From Nitrospirales bacterium (GTDB taxonomy: Bacteria > Nitrospirota > Nitrospiria > Nitrospirales > UBA8639): DNA of 64,000 nucleotides. The translations under genes and the position numbers were made by a program. How positions within the stretch are numbered: position 1 is the stretch's first letter; each line of letters starts with the position of its first letter. This document shows, piece after piece, positions 28,525 to 38,755 of this stretch. The notes beneath the pieces were generated by a model. That model worked only from the letters and a program-made list of their open reading frames with translations, was not told the DNA's origin and did not search any database. Location of the stretch: the NCBI GenBank assembly GCA_965223615.1, contig CBDCXB010000002.1, positions 114,267-178,266 of the forward strand. Reading direction: 5' to 3'.

Positions 28525-29490
28525 ATGGCGACTGAGCTGAAAATGATTCAACCCTCTCCTTCATCGAGTGGAGATGTCTGTACCTATATGTGGGCTTGTG
28601 CCATTTGTGATGAAACGGAGACCTGTCAAAAGGATCGAGAAGGCCATAGCCGTTGGCTCGTGGCCAAACGGATGGAGCGAATCGATTATAAAATTCTGGT
28701 CATGAGTAATAAGGGAGGTGTCGGAAAAAGTACGATGACCACCAATCTGGCCATCAGCCTGGCGCTCAAAGGCTATGAAGTGGGTGTTTGTGACATGGAT
28801 ATTCATGGACCCAACATCCCGAAGATGATGGGAGCCGAAGGGGAAAAGCTGAAGATCAGTACGGGAGGTGGGATCATTCCTCATCAGGTGTATAATCTGA
28901 AAATTGCCTCCATGTCATTCCTTCTTCAAAACTCGGATGATCCTATTATCTGGCGTGATGCCTATAAATTTGAATTTATCAACCAATTGTTGGGTGGGAT
29001 CGAATGGGGTGATTTGAACTACCTTTTAATTGATCTGCCCCCTGGGACAGGGAATGAGTCGGTCACAACCATGGATTTAATCGGTGATGTGACGGGGTGT
29101 GTGATTATCTCGACTCCTCAGGAAGTAGCCTTATTGGATTCCCGAAAGTCCGTTACCTTTGTTCGTGATAGCGAACTTCCCATCATTGGGATCGTAGAAA
29201 ATATGAGTGGGCTGGATTGTCCCCATTGCCATAAAGCGATTGAAGTGTTCCGCAAGGGTGGTGGGGAGGCTTCCGCTGCCGATATGGGTGTGCCTTTCCT
29301 TGGACGGGTTCCCTTGGACCCTGATTTGGTCTTACAAAGTGATCGTGGAGAACCCTATGCCCTCTTCCATTCCGACCTCCCCACAGCTGATGCTATCCAT
29401 GGTGTAGCGAATAAGATCGATGAGTTTTGTAAGAAAAAGGGCTCCTTAGTCAACATTGCCGCGAAACCGGCCCCATTCAAAAAACCCTGA
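28525..29490 (+). CDS. mrp: Mrp/ApbC/NBP35 family Fe-S carrier ATPase
   Basis: SNKGGVGKST, DMDIHGPNIP, DLPPGTG, ENMS and CxxC motifs; GGAGG RBS before ATG 28525. Confidence 0.92.
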   Translation: MATELKMIQPSPSSSGDVCTYMWACAICDETETCQKDREGHSRWLVAKRMERIDYKILVMSNKGGVGKSTMTTNLAISLALKGYEVGVCDMDIHGPNIPKMMGAEGEKLKISTGGGIIPHQVYNLKIASMSFLLQNSDDPIIWRDAYKFEFINQLLGGIEWGDLNYLLIDLPPGTGNESVTTMDLIGDVTGCVIISTPQEVALLDSRKSVTFVRDSELPIIGIVENMSGLDCPHCHKAIEVFRKGGGEASAADMGVPFLGRVPLDPDLVLQSDRGEPYALFHSDLPTADAIHGVANKIDEFCKKKGSLVNIAAKPAPFKKP

Positions 29491-29550
29491 TGATGACCTC
29501 CGTTACTTCCCTGATGATATATCCTTGGAAAACAAAGGTATCATAATTCT

Positions 29551-30780
29551 ATGAATGGATTGACACCTCTGACGAAGGCACAGCAAATCGTGCTTGAGGC
29601 CGCTCAACCCCTTGGTTGTGAAAAGGTCGGTCTCTTGGATGCATTGGGACGGGTGTTGGGAGAGGACATAATTGCCCCCCGCTCAAACCCTCCTTGGGAT
29701 AATTCTGCGATGGATGGGTTTGCCGTTCGTTGGGAAGACATTAAACAAGATCACGCGATCACAAAAATCCCTGAGTTGTCCATCGTGGAAGATGTCGCGG
29801 CTGGCGCCGTCGCTCAAAAATCAGTGGGTCCTGGTGAAGCGATCAGGATTATGACCGGGGCCCCTATGCCAGCCGGTGCGGATACGGTCGTGCGTGTCGA
29901 ATATACAGAGCCTGGGGAGACGTCCGTCCGGATCATGAAATCAGAATATGGACAAGGAGCCAATATCCGGCCCAAAGGGGAAGATGTGAAAGAAGGAGAC
30001 TGCATCATCGCCAAAGGAACGATGCTTCGTTCCGGAGAGATCGGGATGCTCGCTATTCTGGCGAAGTCATTCGTGTTGGTGTACCAACAGCCCCGTGTGG
30101 GAATTCTCTCGACCGGAGATGAACTGGCGGATCTTGATGAAAAGTTCGATGAGCACAAAATCGTCAATTCCAATAGTTATGGGATCGCGGCTGGTGTACG
30201 GGAAGCTGGCGGAATTCCCATGCTATTGGGTATTGCCAAAGATGATCCCGATTCACTCAAGGCCAAAATTCGACAGGGACTGAATTGTGATATCTTGGTC
30301 CTCTCCGGTGGCGTTTCCATGGGTGATTATGATTTTACCAAGCCGGTTTTTGCCGAATTGGGAGCGGACATGAACTTTTGGAAATTGGCCATTCGCCCAG
30401 GACAACCCGTAGCTTTCGGAAAGATTCAGGGTAAGCTGGCGTTTGGGTTACCTGGAAATCCGGTATCGTCCATGGTTACCTTTGACCAGCTTGTGCGACC
30501 GGCCATGCTGAAATTAGGAGGGCATCGTTCCTGGGAACGTCCTGTGGTTCAGGCGGTCTTTCAGGAGACATTCTCCAAACAGAATGATCGTCGCCATTTT
30601 CTGCGAGGGGTTCTGGAGCGCAAGAATGGTGAGTTGACGGTCCGAACGACCGGTGGACAGGGATCGGGAATCCTGACCTCTATGGTGAAAGCCAATGGAT
30701 TTATCGACGTCCCTGAAGAAGTCGAGTCTCTTAAGCCTGGGGACATGGTGACGGTTCAATTATTGTCCAGGAATTTTTAG
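29551..30780 (+). CDS. moeA: Molybdopterin molybdotransferase MoeA
   Basis: SAMDGFA, RIMTGAP, STGDEL, SGGVSMGDYD and GLPGNP motifs. Confidence 0.95.
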   Translation: MNGLTPLTKAQQIVLEAAQPLGCEKVGLLDALGRVLGEDIIAPRSNPPWDNSAMDGFAVRWEDIKQDHAITKIPELSIVEDVAAGAVAQKSVGPGEAIRIMTGAPMPAGADTVVRVEYTEPGETSVRIMKSEYGQGANIRPKGEDVKEGDCIIAKGTMLRSGEIGMLAILAKSFVLVYQQPRVGILSTGDELADLDEKFDEHKIVNSNSYGIAAGVREAGGIPMLLGIAKDDPDSLKAKIRQGLNCDILVLSGGVSMGDYDFTKPVFAELGADMNFWKLAIRPGQPVAFGKIQGKLAFGLPGNPVSSMVTFDQLVRPAMLKLGGHRSWERPVVQAVFQETFSKQNDRRHFLRGVLERKNGELTVRTTGGQGSGILTSMVKANGFIDVPEEVESLKPGDMVTVQLLSRNF

Positions 30781-30858
30781 AAGGTTGTCTTTATCATTTT
30801 TCTAATCTTTGTAACCCTTTGAGCACCGTATCCTTTAAGATCGGGAAGTGTAGGTTGA

Positions 30859-31365
30859 ATGATGTCTTCACCCATTTTATGTTTTGTGGGCCGTTCCAAC
30901 AGTGGAAAGACCACTCTCATCGAACGGCTGATTCCGGAACTCACTCGAGCTGGGTATCGTGTCGCAACGATAAAACATGCCGGACATGGATTTGATCTGG
31001 ATACGGAAGGAAAGGATAGTTGGCGACATAAACGGGCCGGGGCCAGCAAGGTTGTCGTGTTGTCAAAGGGAAGCCTGGCGATGTTTGCTGATGTTCCCGA
31101 AGAGCTCCCTGTTGAACAAGTCCGTGATCAATTCGTGAATGAAGGTATCGATTTGATCATTGCTGAAGGATGGAAAAGCGAAGGATTTCCCAAGGTTGTT
31201 GTGGTTCGGGAAGAACTCCAAGAAGTGAACGTATCGCTTGAAGGCCTCTTGGCCGTGGCCTCCATCAAGCCTATCGAGTGTGATGTGCCTCGGTTTGACC
31301 GGGACGATATCACGGGATTAGCCCAACTCATCATTTCACGATTTCCTCTTACCAAAGGCTCCTAA
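30859..31365 (+). CDS. mobB: Molybdopterin-guanine dinucleotide biosynthesis protein B
   Basis: VGRSNSGKTT, IKHAGHGFDLD and GKDSWRHKRAGA motifs. Confidence 0.93.
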   Translation: MMSSPILCFVGRSNSGKTTLIERLIPELTRAGYRVATIKHAGHGFDLDTEGKDSWRHKRAGASKVVVLSKGSLAMFADVPEELPVEQVRDQFVNEGIDLIIAEGWKSEGFPKVVVVREELQEVNVSLEGLLAVASIKPIECDVPRFDRDDITGLAQLIISRFPLTKGS

Positions 31366-31370
31366 CGTCC

Positions 31371-32069
31371 ATGGGTAAATCCCTGACCCTCATTGCCGCC
31401 ACGCTCTTTGTGCTGGCACTAGGAGGGGCAGCGGCGATTCCTCTGACCAATCAACCGACGTTTTGTGCGGGGTGTCATACCATTCAACCGGCGTATGAGT
31501 CCTGGACCAAGTCTAGCCATCACGATGTGACTTGCGTGGACTGTCACGTTCGCCCCGGTATCGCAGGATTCCTCGAAGATAAGGTGTGGGCAGGGTTGGA
31601 AGATGTGACCATTACCTTATTGGGTACACCAACCGAACCGCACAATTTAAAGTCACAGGTGGCCACTTCGGTGTGCCTTAGCTGTCACCGCGCAATCTTA
31701 CGGGTCTCAGAAGTCGCCAGTCGGGACTTACCTCCACCCGTGAAAGACATTGGACTCCTTATGGATCATGGTAAACATATGAAGGCCTTCGAGAAACGAG
31801 GGAATGGGGAGGGATGTACCACGTGTCATTCTCGAGTCGTGCATGGGACTCCGATTAAAGGGTATCCCATCGTGATACCCCGAGGGCATGTAAAACTGGA
31901 TGAAAAACCGCATGAACCCGATTTGCCTCAGGATTCGGTGTTATGGAAGGCGTCGATGGCTGATTGCATGAGATGTCACGATGGAAAGCAACAATACGAG
32001 GGAAGGGTGTTGAGTAATCGCTGTGAATCCTGCCACCTGGAAGATAAAATCGGTGGATTTTTGTTTTGA
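31371..32069 (+). CDS. NapC/NirT-like membrane-anchored hexaheme cytochrome c
   Basis: N-terminal TM; six CxxCH (CAGCH, CVDCH, CLSCH, CTTCH, CMRCH, CESCH); FCxxCH...YESW..SSH..VTCVDCH signature. Confidence 0.9.
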   Translation: MGKSLTLIAATLFVLALGGAAAIPLTNQPTFCAGCHTIQPAYESWTKSSHHDVTCVDCHVRPGIAGFLEDKVWAGLEDVTITLLGTPTEPHNLKSQVATSVCLSCHRAILRVSEVASRDLPPPVKDIGLLMDHGKHMKAFEKRGNGEGCTTCHSRVVHGTPIKGYPIVIPRGHVKLDEKPHEPDLPQDSVLWKASMADCMRCHDGKQQYEGRVLSNRCESCHLEDKIGGFLF

Positions 32070-32087
32070 ATAACCTCCTCCGATTTT

Positions 32088-32825
32088 ATGTCTAACTCTA
32101 TTGTCCAAGTTCAAAAACTGACCAAACGCTTCGGCGAATTTACCGCTGTTGATCATATTTCCTTCGATATCAAGGAAGGGGAAATTCTTGGCCTCCTCGG
32201 CCCTAATGGGGCGGGGAAAACCACGACCATTCATATGTTGTTGGGGCTTATTACCCCGACAGCGGGTTCCATTAGGATGTTCGGGCTGGATTTGGCCCAG
32301 CACCGAGAGGAAATCCTCCGCCAGGTAAACTTTTCTTCTACCTATATCTCCATGCCCTATTCTTTGACGGTGGAAGAAAATTTAAAAGTCATCGCGCGAC
32401 TCTATGGTCTCAAACACATCAATCAAAAAATTGATGACATCGTGAAAAAACTGGAAATGGAAGAGATCCGGTACAAAATGACTCGTAAGCTCTCCTCCGG
32501 ACAGATGTCGCGGTTAACTTTAGCCAAAGCCATCATGACCGAACCCAGGGTGCTGTTCCTGGATGAACCGACGGCCAGTTTAGACCCTGACATCGTGAAT
32601 AAAATAAAAGGATTTCTCAAGGAATATCAAAAAACCGAGGGTCTGAGCATTCTGTATACCTCTCACAATATGCGTGAAATGGAAGAAATGTCAGATCGAA
32701 TCATCTTCTTACAACGTGGGACTATCGTCGCGGAAGGGACTGCCGCGGAGATCATTCAAAGGTTTGGTCAACGGGACCTTGAAGAGGTGTTCCTTAAATT
32801 GGCCCGAGAGGATACGTCATCATGA
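32088..32825 (+). CDS. ABC transporter ATP-binding protein
   Basis: GPNGAGKT, LSSGQ and LFLDEPT motifs. Confidence 0.95.
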   Translation: MSNSIVQVQKLTKRFGEFTAVDHISFDIKEGEILGLLGPNGAGKTTTIHMLLGLITPTAGSIRMFGLDLAQHREEILRQVNFSSTYISMPYSLTVEENLKVIARLYGLKHINQKIDDIVKKLEMEEIRYKMTRKLSSGQMSRLTLAKAIMTEPRVLFLDEPTASLDPDIVNKIKGFLKEYQKTEGLSILYTSHNMREMEEMSDRIIFLQRGTIVAEGTAAEIIQRFGQRDLEEVFLKLAREDTSS

Positions 32826-33613
32826 GTTTAGGGAGGATCGGAGCCCTCCTTTCTCGGCATTTATACCTGTATAAGCGTAGCTTTGCCCGGATGCTGGAGA
32901 TCTTTTATTGGCCGTTTTTAGATTTAGTCGTTTGGGGTTTTATCACGATCTATCTCGATAAGGTCGGACTTCAATTGCATGGAGCGGTCACGTTTTTTCT
33001 CGGGGCGTTGATCTTATGGGATGTCTTGTTTCGGGCGCAACAAGGGATTGCCGTTTCTTTTCTGGAGGAGATGTGGGCCAGAAACCTCATGAATCTCTTT
33101 GCCAGTCCTTTGACAGTTGGAGAATATCTCGCTTCAACGATGACCATGAGTGTGATGAAGGTAACCGCAGTTGCGAGTTTGATGATGGGTTTTGCCTGGA
33201 CGTTTTATTCTTATGATATTTTTAAAATGGGAATGTCGTTATTCCCCTTTATCATTAACCTGGTGGTGTCGGGGTGGATTATCGGGGTGTTGACCACATC
33301 GATTATCATGAGATTCGGCCAACAAGCGGAGGTGCTGGCCTGGGGCATGGTGTTTCTGTTTCAGCCAATTTCATGTGTATTTTACCCCCTGGAAGTGTTG
33401 CCCTCTACGCTGCAATACATCGCATGGAGTATCCCTCCTTCTCACATTTTTGAAGGCATGCGGGCCGTGTTGAATTCAGGGGGAATGCCAGTCGATCATA
33501 TTCTTTGGGCTACCGGACTCAACCTTTTATACATGGGGACAATCGTCGCCTGGTTCTATCATACCTTTAACGTCTGCAAAGACCGTGGCATGCTGGTCCG
33601 GGTTGGTGAGTAA
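32822..33613 (+). CDS. ABC-2 type transporter permease
   Basis: Multi-TM, VFYPLEVLP motif; 4-nt overlap with the ATPase gene. Confidence 0.9.
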   Translation: MSLGRIGALLSRHLYLYKRSFARMLEIFYWPFLDLVVWGFITIYLDKVGLQLHGAVTFFLGALILWDVLFRAQQGIAVSFLEEMWARNLMNLFASPLTVGEYLASTMTMSVMKVTAVASLMMGFAWTFYSYDIFKMGMSLFPFIINLVVSGWIIGVLTTSIIMRFGQQAEVLAWGMVFLFQPISCVFYPLEVLPSTLQYIAWSIPPSHIFEGMRAVLNSGGMPVDHILWATGLNLLYMGTIVAWFYHTFNVCKDRGMLVRVGE

Positions 33614-33649
33614 TATTAAAGGCTTTCCTGCAGCGAAGAAGAATATTGC

Positions 33650-35137
33650 TCAAGGGGTATCTCCTTTTAACCGATTCAAGCGATCTTGTTTGACCTCAAC
33701 CCAAAAAGTCTTTTCCCTGGTGACATGGACCGCGCCAGGTTTTTGCCCCTTCGCCTTTTTAACGAACTTTCGAAGCGTGTGAATCACTTCTCCCTTCCCA
33801 CTTTTCCGCAAGTCACTAAACCAGAGGGTAAGGGTGGCCGCATCCTTTAGCGTTTCGTGCGGAACCGTCTCGCCTTTATCCAACCGAACCAGGACATGAG
33901 AACCCGGTTGGCCACGGGCATGTAACCACAAGTCATCAGGTTTGCCCACTTTGAAGGTTAAATAATCGTTATCCTTGGCGGTTTTGCCCACCAGAATGGG
34001 TTTCCCATCACTCGAAATATAAGTTCGATATCCTCGCGATGGGGAAGATTTCCCTTTTGAGGACTTTATTTTCATGGAGCTAGCCGGTGTGGGCGTAGGT
34101 TGTATGTTTCCCGTGATGTCGATCTCACCTTTTTCCATGGCCTGCACCTCATGCTCCAATTTCAAAATTAGGGTCTTTTGGTTATCGATTCGTGGCAGGA
34201 GATGTTGTTGCGCTCCTAAAAATTTTTGATATTTTCGAAAATAGGCCTCCATGTTTTTGGTAGGACTCTTCTCCGGGTCCAGGGGAATCGTAAGGGTCGG
34301 GAGAGCAGGGTCATAGTAATCTGTCAGTGAGATGGTTTGTTGTCCTTTCTGTAATTCCGGTATTACGCCCTTCAAGAGTTCCCCATAACGTCCGTATTCA
34401 CGGTATTGCTCGACTTTGGACACGTCTTCTTGTAATCCCTTCAATTTGGCCTTGGCTTGTTTGAGCTGTTTGCGAAGTTGCCCCAAATAATGTCGGTGGC
34501 GGGAATCAAAATTTCTTTGTTCTTCAATCTGCTGAAACCGACGAGCAATCATGGACGAGGTTGGATATTTGGTGAAAAATTTATCATCCTGATTGGAAAG
34601 ACTCCGTTCCGGCAATACGGTTTGTTGATCAAGGTGTAAAACGTTTTCTGACATAGAAGTGGGAATAACAGAGCTTTTCTTTTCGGGGGGAGTAAAGATG
34701 TCACCGATCTGACGGTGTGAGGCTTTTTGTGTCCGTAATATTTTTCCCTGGGCGTCCAAGAGGAAGACATTCGCATTTCGTCCTATTAGGGCAATAACAA
34801 GGGTGTAGGGTTTGTGACTTTTGATGATATGGAAGTAGATGATTCGATCGTTAGGCTCTTGGGCGAGGCTGACAATCTTTCCGCCTTGAAGATGTGATCG
34901 GAGAAACTGACAAAATGGCAAGGGGGTAGAGGGGTGAGGGTATTGATGTTGTGTTACATGAAAGCGGCTTGTCCCGGAATCAACGGATATCAACAGGGTC
35001 AGGGTTTCTCCCGGAATTCGAATGTCTAGGGTCAGGGTGTGAGAAAAGGGTTGATGGATTTTTTGAATCCATCCGCCAGGGAGAATGTGTTCGAGTTCAT
35101 GAAAGACTTGGGTGCATTCAGGAAGGGAAAACCCCAT
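33650..35137 (-). CDS. rqcH: NFACT family (RqcH/FbpA) ribosome quality-control protein
   Basis: IQKIHQP, EPNDRII, ALIGRNAN, VGKTAKDND and WLHARGQPGSHV motifs. Confidence 0.88.
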   Translation of the reverse strand: MGFSLPECTQVFHELEHILPGGWIQKIHQPFSHTLTLDIRIPGETLTLLISVDSGTSRFHVTQHQYPHPSTPLPFCQFLRSHLQGGKIVSLAQEPNDRIIYFHIIKSHKPYTLVIALIGRNANVFLLDAQGKILRTQKASHRQIGDIFTPPEKKSSVIPTSMSENVLHLDQQTVLPERSLSNQDDKFFTKYPTSSMIARRFQQIEEQRNFDSRHRHYLGQLRKQLKQAKAKLKGLQEDVSKVEQYREYGRYGELLKGVIPELQKGQQTISLTDYYDPALPTLTIPLDPEKSPTKNMEAYFRKYQKFLGAQQHLLPRIDNQKTLILKLEHEVQAMEKGEIDITGNIQPTPTPASSMKIKSSKGKSSPSRGYRTYISSDGKPILVGKTAKDNDYLTFKVGKPDDLWLHARGQPGSHVLVRLDKGETVPHETLKDAATLTLWFSDLRKSGKGEVIHTLRKFVKKAKGQKPGAVHVTREKTFWVEVKQDRLNRLKGDTP

Positions 35138-35207
35138 TCTTGCATTATATCAAAAATTATGGATCGACATGTTTAAGATAGTGGGGAAAATTTGGATGTA
35201 TAAAATT

Positions 35208-36059
35208 CTAGCCAGGATTTTGACCAACGAGGTAAGCAATCCATGCTAAGTCCGCTTCGCCTTTATCTGCACGATCGTATTCTTGAGTTCCTTCCCCCGT
35301 TTTTGGGTCCGTGCCTTCCCAAAGCACATGCACATCCTGAAAGCCGGCCTCTGTCATCAATTCCCGGACCTCAGGAATGGTCCAGAGACGCCAATCATAG
35401 ACAAATGCATCACGAATCTCACTCTCATCCGTGAATGAAAAGTGAATCCGAGCGGTGTATTTGTGTGTGAATGGATCGAACGCATCTTGATCCCACACAA
35501 ATACAAAGTCCCCGATATCCTCGTCCAGTGGATTGTCAATCTCCCGACCTTCTTCTTGGAGGACCTGACTTTCGCTTCCACCCCAGATATCCAAGACTAA
35601 CAGACCGTTTGGGTGAAGGGATTGCTTGGCATTCTGTAGATAGCTGAGGAGGGTGGGGCGGTCATGAAAGACCATATAGCTAAAATTTAATGCAGCAATC
35701 ATCTGGGAAAGAGGCTTTTGGATGTCCAGTACGTTCGCATTGATCAAGGACAGTCGTCGTTGTTGACCTGGGGCCATGGGAGAACGATGGTGTTTTATGC
35801 CCCAATTGATGGTCGGCCAGTCAAGATCGATTCCAATCGCATAGTTCCTGGGATGTTGTTTGACGAAATAGGAAGATAAATAGGCCGTCCCACAAAAATC
35901 TTCCCGAAAATGCCGTAAAGTCTTGCCCGTGATCTTTTTGAAGTAGGCAGACAGAAATGGCATGTCATTTTCTGGACTTTGAACACTCTTTTCATAGAGA
36001 TCGTGGGGGTCGGCCTTATCGGCCATGGTGATGGTCGAGGCAAGACGTTTTTCTTTCAC
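35208..36059 (-). CDS. Class I SAM-dependent methyltransferase
   Basis: REDFCGT motif I, GIDLD, ALNFS and LVLDIWGG. Confidence 0.82.
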   Translation of the reverse strand: MKEKRLASTITMADKADPHDLYEKSVQSPENDMPFLSAYFKKITGKTLRHFREDFCGTAYLSSYFVKQHPRNYAIGIDLDWPTINWGIKHHRSPMAPGQQRRLSLINANVLDIQKPLSQMIAALNFSYMVFHDRPTLLSYLQNAKQSLHPNGLLVLDIWGGSESQVLQEEGREIDNPLDEDIGDFVFVWDQDAFDPFTHKYTARIHFSFTDESEIRDAFVYDWRLWTIPEVRELMTEAGFQDVHVLWEGTDPKTGEGTQEYDRADKGEADLAWIAYLVGQNPG

Positions 36060-36272
36060 GTATGGGAAACTCCGTAAATAAAATTCTGCTGATGATTTAT
36101 TCAGGTTTGACTATCCGTATGGTATCTTCTGTGAGGCAGCATAAATTGTACGAAAATCCTTCGTCCTTTTTCTACCCAGAGGTTCTAATTTCCTGGGGAT
36201 CAAAAAATATTCTTTATGAGGGAAGGTCAAGCTGTTTCCTTCAGGTTTCCTTCCTAAGGGAGTCATGGAGTT

Positions 36273-36725
36273 ATGCCGATTGACATTATCCGTCATCGAA
36301 CATTCTGGTGTTACATTCTTAGTTGGATTGTCGTAGGGTGTGGATCTTCCACTTCGCCTCTTTCTGAAGAGATAACCAGGCAATTTCAATCTTCAGGCAG
36401 GACCTTCGTGAATTTAGCAGAAGCGGTCCCTGGGAACTGGGCAAAAGTCTGCATTTTTGGGCCTTATTCGGATAATAATGCGGCATATAAGACCTTGGGA
36501 TTTAGGTGGAATTTAGAAAAGCATTCTTCTATCACCACAGGGGAAGGGATAGGTCTTTTAGTATTTATTAAAGGTCAGAAAGTTGTAGCACAGGTGGAAC
36601 ATCCCAGAAAAAATGGGGATTTTACGAATTTATCTCGCCAATGTTTTCAACGGGAATATTCGACTTTTTATCACCAAACCAACCCGAAAAAAGGTTGGCC
36701 GGGACTCTTTCCTAAGAAACAGTAA
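36273..36725 (+). CDS. Hypothetical lipoprotein
   Basis: AGGGAG RBS; lipobox IVVGC; 150 aa. Confidence 0.7.
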   Translation: MPIDIIRHRTFWCYILSWIVVGCGSSTSPLSEEITRQFQSSGRTFVNLAEAVPGNWAKVCIFGPYSDNNAAYKTLGFRWNLEKHSSITTGEGIGLLVFIKGQKVVAQVEHPRKNGDFTNLSRQCFQREYSTFYHQTNPKKGWPGLFPKKQ

Positions 36726-36744
36726 TCCTTCTAATTCACCATTT

Positions 36745-37878
36745 TCATGTGCTGGTGTTTTTGGCGGTGAAATGTCTCCAGGTCTGGTGCCATAAATGTT
36801 TTGTCAGGAGAGGAAATGGCATGCGCAACCAATGAGACCTGATGTAAAGAACCCAGAGGGAAAGTTTGGTGAAAGGTCCCGGGTTGTTGGATAGGGGAGC
36901 AAGAAAGGCCTGGTGGGTGAGATAATCCATGATTGTTAATAAAAGAAGAGGTGGGCGCCGTTCATCATGGATGCGTTGGGCTAGGTCCGGTAGGGGCGTT
37001 TGTAGAAATTTTTGGGCGTAGCGAACCCCATAATAAAGGGGACGTGTTAATTGTAGAACTTCAGCACGGTTCATCAGGTCCTCCCAAAATCCTGGAATTG
37101 ACTGAAACGAACGGAACAATTCATCGAGGTCAATCAGATCTCTTAGAATTCTTGATAATTCTCCATCCTGAAAGGCATGGGCTGCACTATGGAGAACCAT
37201 ATCCACGGGACAAAGGATCTTTACAGATTTTCCGGGTACTTCCTGTGAAGCCTGGAGTAATTTTTGCGAGTCTACGCGGAGCCGTCCAGTGGGAGGAAGA
37301 ATCGTATGGTGAACATCCAGGATGGTATCACGTTGTGTATGGCGTAGTGGAGGCAATTCATGCGACCAATTCCGATAGTACCATTGGTCATAGTCTTCAA
37401 GTTTGATATGTTTCCATCCATGTGCCAGGAGAGCGTCTTCGACTCTTTTGAGAGATTGTTGAGGAACTAAAATATCGACATCCGTGGAAATTCTTCCTCC
37501 GGCAACCGAAAGGTTGGCGAGGACATATGCTGCGCCTTTCAGCAGAACCAGAGTGGTTTCAATCGAGTGAAGAGCTCGGCAGAGTTGGTGTACTTCCCAT
37601 TGAATGACGCGATGTTCATTCTGGACGACGATATGGGCAGATTCCATATGATTGAGTACTTGTGACGGAATGTGACTAAGCATTCCTTTCTCCTTGATCA
37701 CCACATACAGCTTGGCAAGTATCCCTGTACGTTTGGCGCAGCGTACGATTTCATCCCAATCAGATATCGTGAAAGAGCGTATGCTTTCGGGATGATGGAA
37801 AATTGCTGAAAGGCGCTCAGGAGTTAGGGCCATGAAACGACTCATGAGAGTGGGAAAGTAGGGTATCGAACCAGGCAA
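36745..37878 (-). CDS. Nucleotidyltransferase family protein (NTP_transf_5-like)
   Basis: LVLLKGAAY, RISTDVDILV, HELPP and DVHH motifs; start probably 37845 or 37833, overlapping the kinase stop. Confidence 0.85.
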   Translation of the reverse strand: MPGSIPYFPTLMSRFMALTPERLSAIFHHPESIRSFTISDWDEIVRCAKRTGILAKLYVVIKEKGMLSHIPSQVLNHMESAHIVVQNEHRVIQWEVHQLCRALHSIETTLVLLKGAAYVLANLSVAGGRISTDVDILVPQQSLKRVEDALLAHGWKHIKLEDYDQWYYRNWSHELPPLRHTQRDTILDVHHTILPPTGRLRVDSQKLLQASQEVPGKSVKILCPVDMVLHSAAHAFQDGELSRILRDLIDLDELFRSFQSIPGFWEDLMNRAEVLQLTRPLYYGVRYAQKFLQTPLPDLAQRIHDERRPPLLLLTIMDYLTHQAFLAPLSNNPGPFTKLSLWVLYIRSHWLRMPFPLLTKHLWHQTWRHFTAKNTST

Positions 37879-38755
37879 TAGCCTCTCTCAGATCACTGTA
37901 GATCAGGGAATAACACTCCGTTGTTTCAATCACATGCGTTAAGGTGTGAAATCCTTCAATGCCTAAGATTGGATAATTGACCAGTCCATCAGCAATGAGA
38001 ACAAATGCCTCTGCCTTATCCAATGTTTTGACCGTTAGGGGTACTTGTGCCTGGTAAAGTGGAAAGATGACAAACTTAGGTGAAGCAGGTTGATCCATGT
38101 TGGTCACGCTTTGAGTCGGTGGTTTCATGTAGGCTACCGTTCCTTTTGCGGTTCCAGAAACATTGGTACCTAAAATCGCATCGGGCGCGAAATTTTTAAT
38201 CACTTGGATGGATTCGTTCTTAAGGCTGACCGGGCGAGCAAGGGGGAAAATGTGTTTGGTGGAGGGAGCGATGAGGGTGAGTTCGTCTGTCAATAATCTC
38301 CAGCCTCGATGGGTTAAGGCTGCGGTAAGGGTGCTTTTACCCGAGCCCGTTTTAGCTGGAAGGATGACGGCATATCCATTGCGTTCTACGGCCCCGGCGT
38401 GAATGATCAAAAAATTAAAGACTTCTGAATAAATGTACCAATTTAAGCTGGTCTCAAAGAGCGGGAACGATTGCGCGACGGAGAGGGGAGGAAAGGGAGT
38501 CACCCCATCGAATCGACAAAGAACCTGTGGTTTTATCCATCGGCGAAGATATTTTGAGGGCTGGAGTGAGATATGAAAATCGACGAAGCCCCTCTCCTCA
38601 ATAATGGGAAAGTCCGCATACAATTCCTGCAACCCTTGACGAACCTGCGGGAGGGGAGATTGGAGTCCTACCACGAAAGGACCGGTCTGAAACACCAGTT
38701 CTGAGGATTGAAGACGTTGTTGTAGTTCAGAGGTGGAAAGCTGAGAAAGAATCAC
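37817..38755 (-). CDS. HprK-related kinase A
   Basis: IIHAGAVERNG, PAKTGSGKST, LLTDEL, LARPVSLKN and GTAKGTVAYMKPP motifs. Confidence 0.88.
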   Translation of the reverse strand: MILSQLSTSELQQRLQSSELVFQTGPFVVGLQSPLPQVRQGLQELYADFPIIEERGFVDFHISLQPSKYLRRWIKPQVLCRFDGVTPFPPLSVAQSFPLFETSLNWYIYSEVFNFLIIHAGAVERNGYAVILPAKTGSGKSTLTAALTHRGWRLLTDELTLIAPSTKHIFPLARPVSLKNESIQVIKNFAPDAILGTNVSGTAKGTVAYMKPPTQSVTNMDQPASPKFVIFPLYQAQVPLTVKTLDKAEAFVLIADGLVNYPILGIEGFHTLTHVIETTECYSLIYSDLREAIAWFDTLLSHSHESFHGPNS

